Shown here one piece after another: positions 59,401 through 64,000 of a stretch of DNA of 64,000 nt; position 1 is the stretch's first letter, and each line of letters opens with the position of its first letter. The notes under the pieces are model-generated. The model was not told where the DNA came from. It was given only the letters and a program-made list of their open reading frames with translations, and did no database searches. Source of the DNA: Proteromonas lacertae. Its lineage: Eukaryota. Location: the NCBI GenBank assembly GCA_002245135.1, contig NGBS01000304.1, positions 62,001-126,000 of the forward strand, written 5' to 3'. A program made the position numbers and the translations under genes.

Positions 59401-62400
59401 TTGATAGGCCAATATGGTAATTACACACCAACCATAAATGGTGGTGTTGATAGTTATTCAATTGATTGTGTTTTACCATCTGGTATTATATTTAATCCAA
59501 GATATGGAAGAATATTAGGCGAACCATCTTTAGTTCAAGCTAATGCAACAACATGTAAAGTAACAGGTAAAATAGGAGCTGGTACAGTTGTTGGTACAGT
59601 GAAGATTTTCGTTAAAGAATTGAAATGTCCAGCTCTAGGTTCTTTTGCTGAAACATCTGCTGGTAAATATGCAACATTACCATGTGGTAGTGGTTATGAT
59701 GGTTTACAAAGAAGATTCTGTGATGGTTCAAATGGTAGTGCAGTATGGGATACTGTAATAGATAGAACTCAATGCATATTGAAAGTGCCATTTATAGATT
59801 ACGGTTCTCCTGCTTATACATTCAATTTAGAAGAAGAAATTAGTTTAGTTCCAATCATAGATGCTGCTGAACATAGTGTTAGTAGTTATAATTTGTATAA
59901 AATTCCTGGTTTGAGTATTAATTCGACAAGTGGAGAAATATATGGTACTACTATATCAGCAGCTAGTGAAAATCTACAAGTAAGTGTAGTTAATAGAATG
60001 GGTTCATTTAATGCATATGTAAAGATTACTGTAACAAATACAAAAGCTGAGATTAAATATACTCCAAATTATTTCACATTCTACATTGGTTACTCAGGTG
60101 AAACTACTAAACCAATAGCAGAAGGAGTTACTTTCTTACAAACTGCTCCAACTTTACCATTAGGATTAATATTAAATACACAAACAGGTATAATATCTGG
60201 TACTCCTTTATCAAATGTTATTCCACAAAAATATGTCATATCAGTACAAGGTTTAAAAAATGGTATACAAGTACAAAGTAACCCAATTACGATTGAAATT
60301 ATTCAACCAAAATGTCCATATTTAAGTGAAGAATTTCCAGAAACAAATGCAGGAATAACGGTAGAAGTGCCATGTCCACCTGGTCAAGCAGGAACTAGAA
60401 AGAGAAAATGTTCAAATTCACAATTCCCATCTTGGTCAGATGAAGAGGATAATTGTAAGAAAGATGTCCCATTTTGTCAAGCAGCTGATGGTTTCCCAGA
60501 TACTCCAGTAAATACAATAGCTTCAATACTATGTGGTCCTGGAGTTCTTGGTAACCAAACACGTTCTTGTGAATACGATGGTAATAATAATCCAATTTGG
60601 AAAAATATCAATACTGCTGGATGTACAAAAATTCAACCAATAATTCGATACTATACAACTGAAATCACTGCATTAACTAACGCTATAATTCCAGAAAATA
60701 AACCATACTTACAACATTTAAAAAGCGAAATTCCTTTAACAATTAGTCCTCCTTTACAACCTAATTTCCAATTTGATTCTACAACAGGTGCAATAACAGG
60801 AAGTGGTACTCGAAGAACGACCTAAAACAACATATACAATCACTGGTGAAGGTTTAAATGATCAGAAAGTTTCAACACAAGTTTATATTACCATAACTGA
60901 TAAATATGCTACACAAATAGAATATGAACAGACTTCAATGGAATTCTATGTAGGTATTAAAGAAGAAAGTTATAAAGAAGCAACAGCTAATGGTGTAGTA
61001 AAATCCTATTCAATTAGTCCATCATTACCTAGTGGTTTAACTATTCAAAAAGAATCAGGTAAAATCTATGGTACAGTAAATGCAGGAACTCCAGAATCAA
61101 CAAAAGATTACATAGTAACAGCTCAATTACATGAGAATGATACAGTCACAACAACAGTTTCAATAAAAGTAATTCAACCAAAATGTAAATCTGTAACATC
61201 TGGTAATTTAGTATGGCCTGATACAAATGCAGGTATCACAGTAACATTAGAATGTCCAGCTGGTTATAACGGTACTAAACAAAGAGCTTGTGGTGAAGGT
61301 AAGAATCCAGTATGGGGACAAGAAACAGGAAGTTGTACAGCCAAAACACCATCATTCAATTATCTAAAAGCACAATATTCATTTACAGTAAATGATGATA
61401 TTGGTAAAATCTCACCTCAGAATATTCAAAATGGTCCAATAACAAGTTATGAATCAACATGTTCAAATGAATTAGTAGGTATTGTATTTGATTCAGCCAC
61501 TGGTACATTCACTGGTAAACCAACAGCAGCATTTACATCATCATGTAAAGTAAAAGGATCCAATAGTTTCGGTAAATCAAATGATGTATCAATTATATTC
61601 ACAGTAGCATTACCAAAGTGTCCAGCAAGTGGAAAATGGGGTCAAACTGATATGGGTAGTTATGCTTCAACAACTTGTGATGAAGGATATGGTATAATGT
61701 TTAGAAAATGTGAAACTGATTCAACAGGTACAAAGGCATCATGGGGAGAAATTGATCAAACACAATGCAGATCAGATCCAACATATGTTCCAGATCCAAA
61801 TAAGAGTTTTGTTAAAATGATGTTGACAATTACAGGAGCAACAGGTTCATTATCATCTACAATGAAATTTGCAATTCAAACAGCTGTAGCTGAATCATTA
61901 ACAATTGATTATAGTAAAGTAAGAGTAGAACAACATGAAAATGTTCGATTAAGATCTTTACAAAGCAGTAGAACAATTCGAGTAGATGTGTATATAGAAA
62001 CTGAAAATACAAGTGGAGTTAGTAATGAATTATCCTCAAAATTAATGCAAGATACAATATCTGGTAAAATAAGAAGATATGGTTCATTTACAAGTGCTTC
62101 AATCGAATATGATAGTCCTGTAACAATAAGTAAAGCCAAGAGTTCAAGTAGTGTAGGTGCAATAGTAGGTGGAGTAGTAGGTGGTTTAGCAGCTATCTTG
62201 ATAATTGCTGCAGTTGTAGTGATTTATTCTCGAAATCGTACAGTAGTAGTAAGAAAACCGTCAGCTAAATCCACATCTACAACGAAAGGTAAGAAATCTG
62301 CTGGAGTTCGAATTGGTAAAACTGAGAATTATTCAAATTTGGGAGATGATGATGAAGATGATGAAGGTGAAGATGGAAAGAAAGTAGAAGAAAAGAAAGA

Positions 62401-62524
62401 TGAAAAAGCTGTAAGTAAAAAGAGTGATGATAAGAAGAATGAAAAAGCTTTAGCTGAGAAAGAAGAAAGTGATGATGATGAAGATGAAGAAGATGAAAGT
62501 GATGATGAAGAAACTGCTCTTTAA
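50418..62524 (+). CDS. Giant (~4000 aa) type I surface protein with many putative Ig (He_PIG-like) modules, PA14-like domains, Cys-rich modules, carbohydrate-binding-like jelly-rolls, TM and acidic tail; 5 frame breaks
   Basis: Signal MIKLLLITALLLAVSNA (spliced); recurring P.LP.GL....TG.ISGTP; PA14-like W.G......G.Y.F....DD; C.....GY.G...R.C......W......C modules; TM IVGGVVGGLAAILIIAAVVVIY. Confidence 0.85.
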
Positions 62525-62634
62525 AAAGAAATCATTATTACTATTGAACTATAGACAAAATATATGAATTTGTTGTTTATTGGGTTTATGAAATAGAATG
62601 TTTAAAAATAAAAGAAACATATTATTCTTATTCT

Positions 62635-64000
62635 CTAATTATTCTCATATATCTTTATTCCATGTTCTATAGCTGCAGCTATTCTATCTAATAAATCACT
62701 CAATATCATTCTATGTTCTGGTGAAATTAAATTCTCATCTCTCATCATATTTACTTCTTTTTACACATAATTAAAGAATTATTTTTATCATCAAAAGATA
62801 AAAAAGATATTTCTTTCTTCAATAGAGATTCATATAATGCTTTACCTCTAACTAAATTTGGACTAATTGCATTATTAGCACTCCAATAATATTTCAATGA
62901 TTCATTTATACTTTCAATATAACTAATCAAATTACTGAGTATTTGGTTTGAATTATTTACTCTTTTATTGAAATTATTATTATTACTATTATTATTTGGT
63001 TTTTGTGGATAAAGATTGATTAATATCTGTAATGGATTTACCACTGATTCAAATGTGTTTGATAGATTTGGTTTGTAGTTATTTATTTGTTCAATAAATG
63101 ATTCAATTGTATATCTAATATAATAAATCAAATAATACATACATTTGTTTTGAAGTATTATTACTCTCATTAATATCATTTACTATATTCCTATTTGGTT
63201 GTATGATACCTATATTTATTGGTATTGTTTGTAGCTTTTCTTTAGGTATTAAATCATTCTCACAGTTTTCTAATCTTCGCTTCATTAATACATCTTTATG
63301 AGGTTCTTTTTCCATTCTTTCTAACGTATTATAACTTATTTTATTAATCTCTGAGATTGCTTTATAATACTTTTGTTTTTGATTTAATAATTCTCCTTGT
63401 TCTATATATATATATTAATAATTATATACTTATATTGGAAGGTAATTCTCTATTTTCCCATTCATTCATTGGATCTGTCAACGGTTCTTTAATAATTTCA
63501 TCATCTAATGTTGATACTAAATTCACATCTGATACTACATAATCATCTATTGTTAATAAATAATATCTAATAATAATAAATTATACTAATTTCACGTTTG
63601 GTATATTTCTTTGGTGGTTCTAATACTTCACTTGTTTCAACTCGATCTCTTTTTCTATAGAAATACATTCTTGCAATTTCTTCCCAAAATTCTTTTTCTG
63701 ATTTTAATATTCCTACTTCTTTATCATGTAAATTCTTTATTTTTGGAAACATCTGGAAGATTCGTAAGATGATATCTGATGTTATTTCTATTTTTAAATT
63801 TCCCTAATTTACAGATATTATTTTTTATTTATATACACTTTCATCTTCAGTAATAAATTCATTAAAGAAAGTTATTGTTCTTTTATCTGGATTTGTAAGT
63901 TCAGTTATTTCTTTTTCTTTTAATACATCTTGATGATTATACCACCATTCAACATACGATATACTCTTTGATAATACTTCTTCATTATAAAAACTCTCTA
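62635..64000 (-). CDS. 3' part of a multi-exon hypothetical protein continuing beyond the window
   Basis: Co-oriented ORF fragments joined by small introns; stop TAG at 62635-62637. Confidence 0.5.

Noticed and set aside
52180..60830. Five frame breaks in the giant gene read as programmed frameshifting, phase variation or pseudogenisation
   Set aside because: Similar single-base indels occur in essential genes (RPC1 near 39870, the methyltransferase near 47400, the sorting nexin near 17895) and no in-frame stops accumulate. Consensus error is the simpler explanation, testable by short-read polishing.

Overview
This is very AT-rich, gene-dense eukaryotic DNA with many tiny GT-AG introns (mostly ~26-40 nt) and intergenic gaps often under 200 bp. 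That organisation fits a Blastocystis/Opalinata-like gut stramenopile, but this is inference and not shown. About 24 protein genes are visible. Housekeeping genes include SLY1, BET1, NSE4-like, a USP deubiquitinase, MRG15, HPPK-DHPS, a sorting nexin, a CaMKK-like kinase, V-ATPase F, RPC1, calcyphosin-like, CTU2 and a SAM methyltransferase. There are also two tRNA-Asp genes. Four accessory loci stand out. (1) A pseudokinase-TPR gene is built from 139-bp exon+intron units whose exonic differences are all non-synonymous, mostly at TPR ligand-binding positions. (2) A receptor-like protein has ~8.8 near-identical 538-bp exon+intron repeats, a TM helix and a cytoplasmic PH domain. (3) An intronless BTB-Ig-SPRY-like gene is enclosed by ~0.9-kb inverted repeats that each carry a tRNA-Asp. 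(4) A ~4000-aa Ig/PA14/Cys-rich surface protein has its own 3' end duplicated in inverted orientation upstream. Single-base indels also break conserved genes such as RPC1, so most frameshifts are probably consensus errors. Exon boundaries were read by eye and are approximate.
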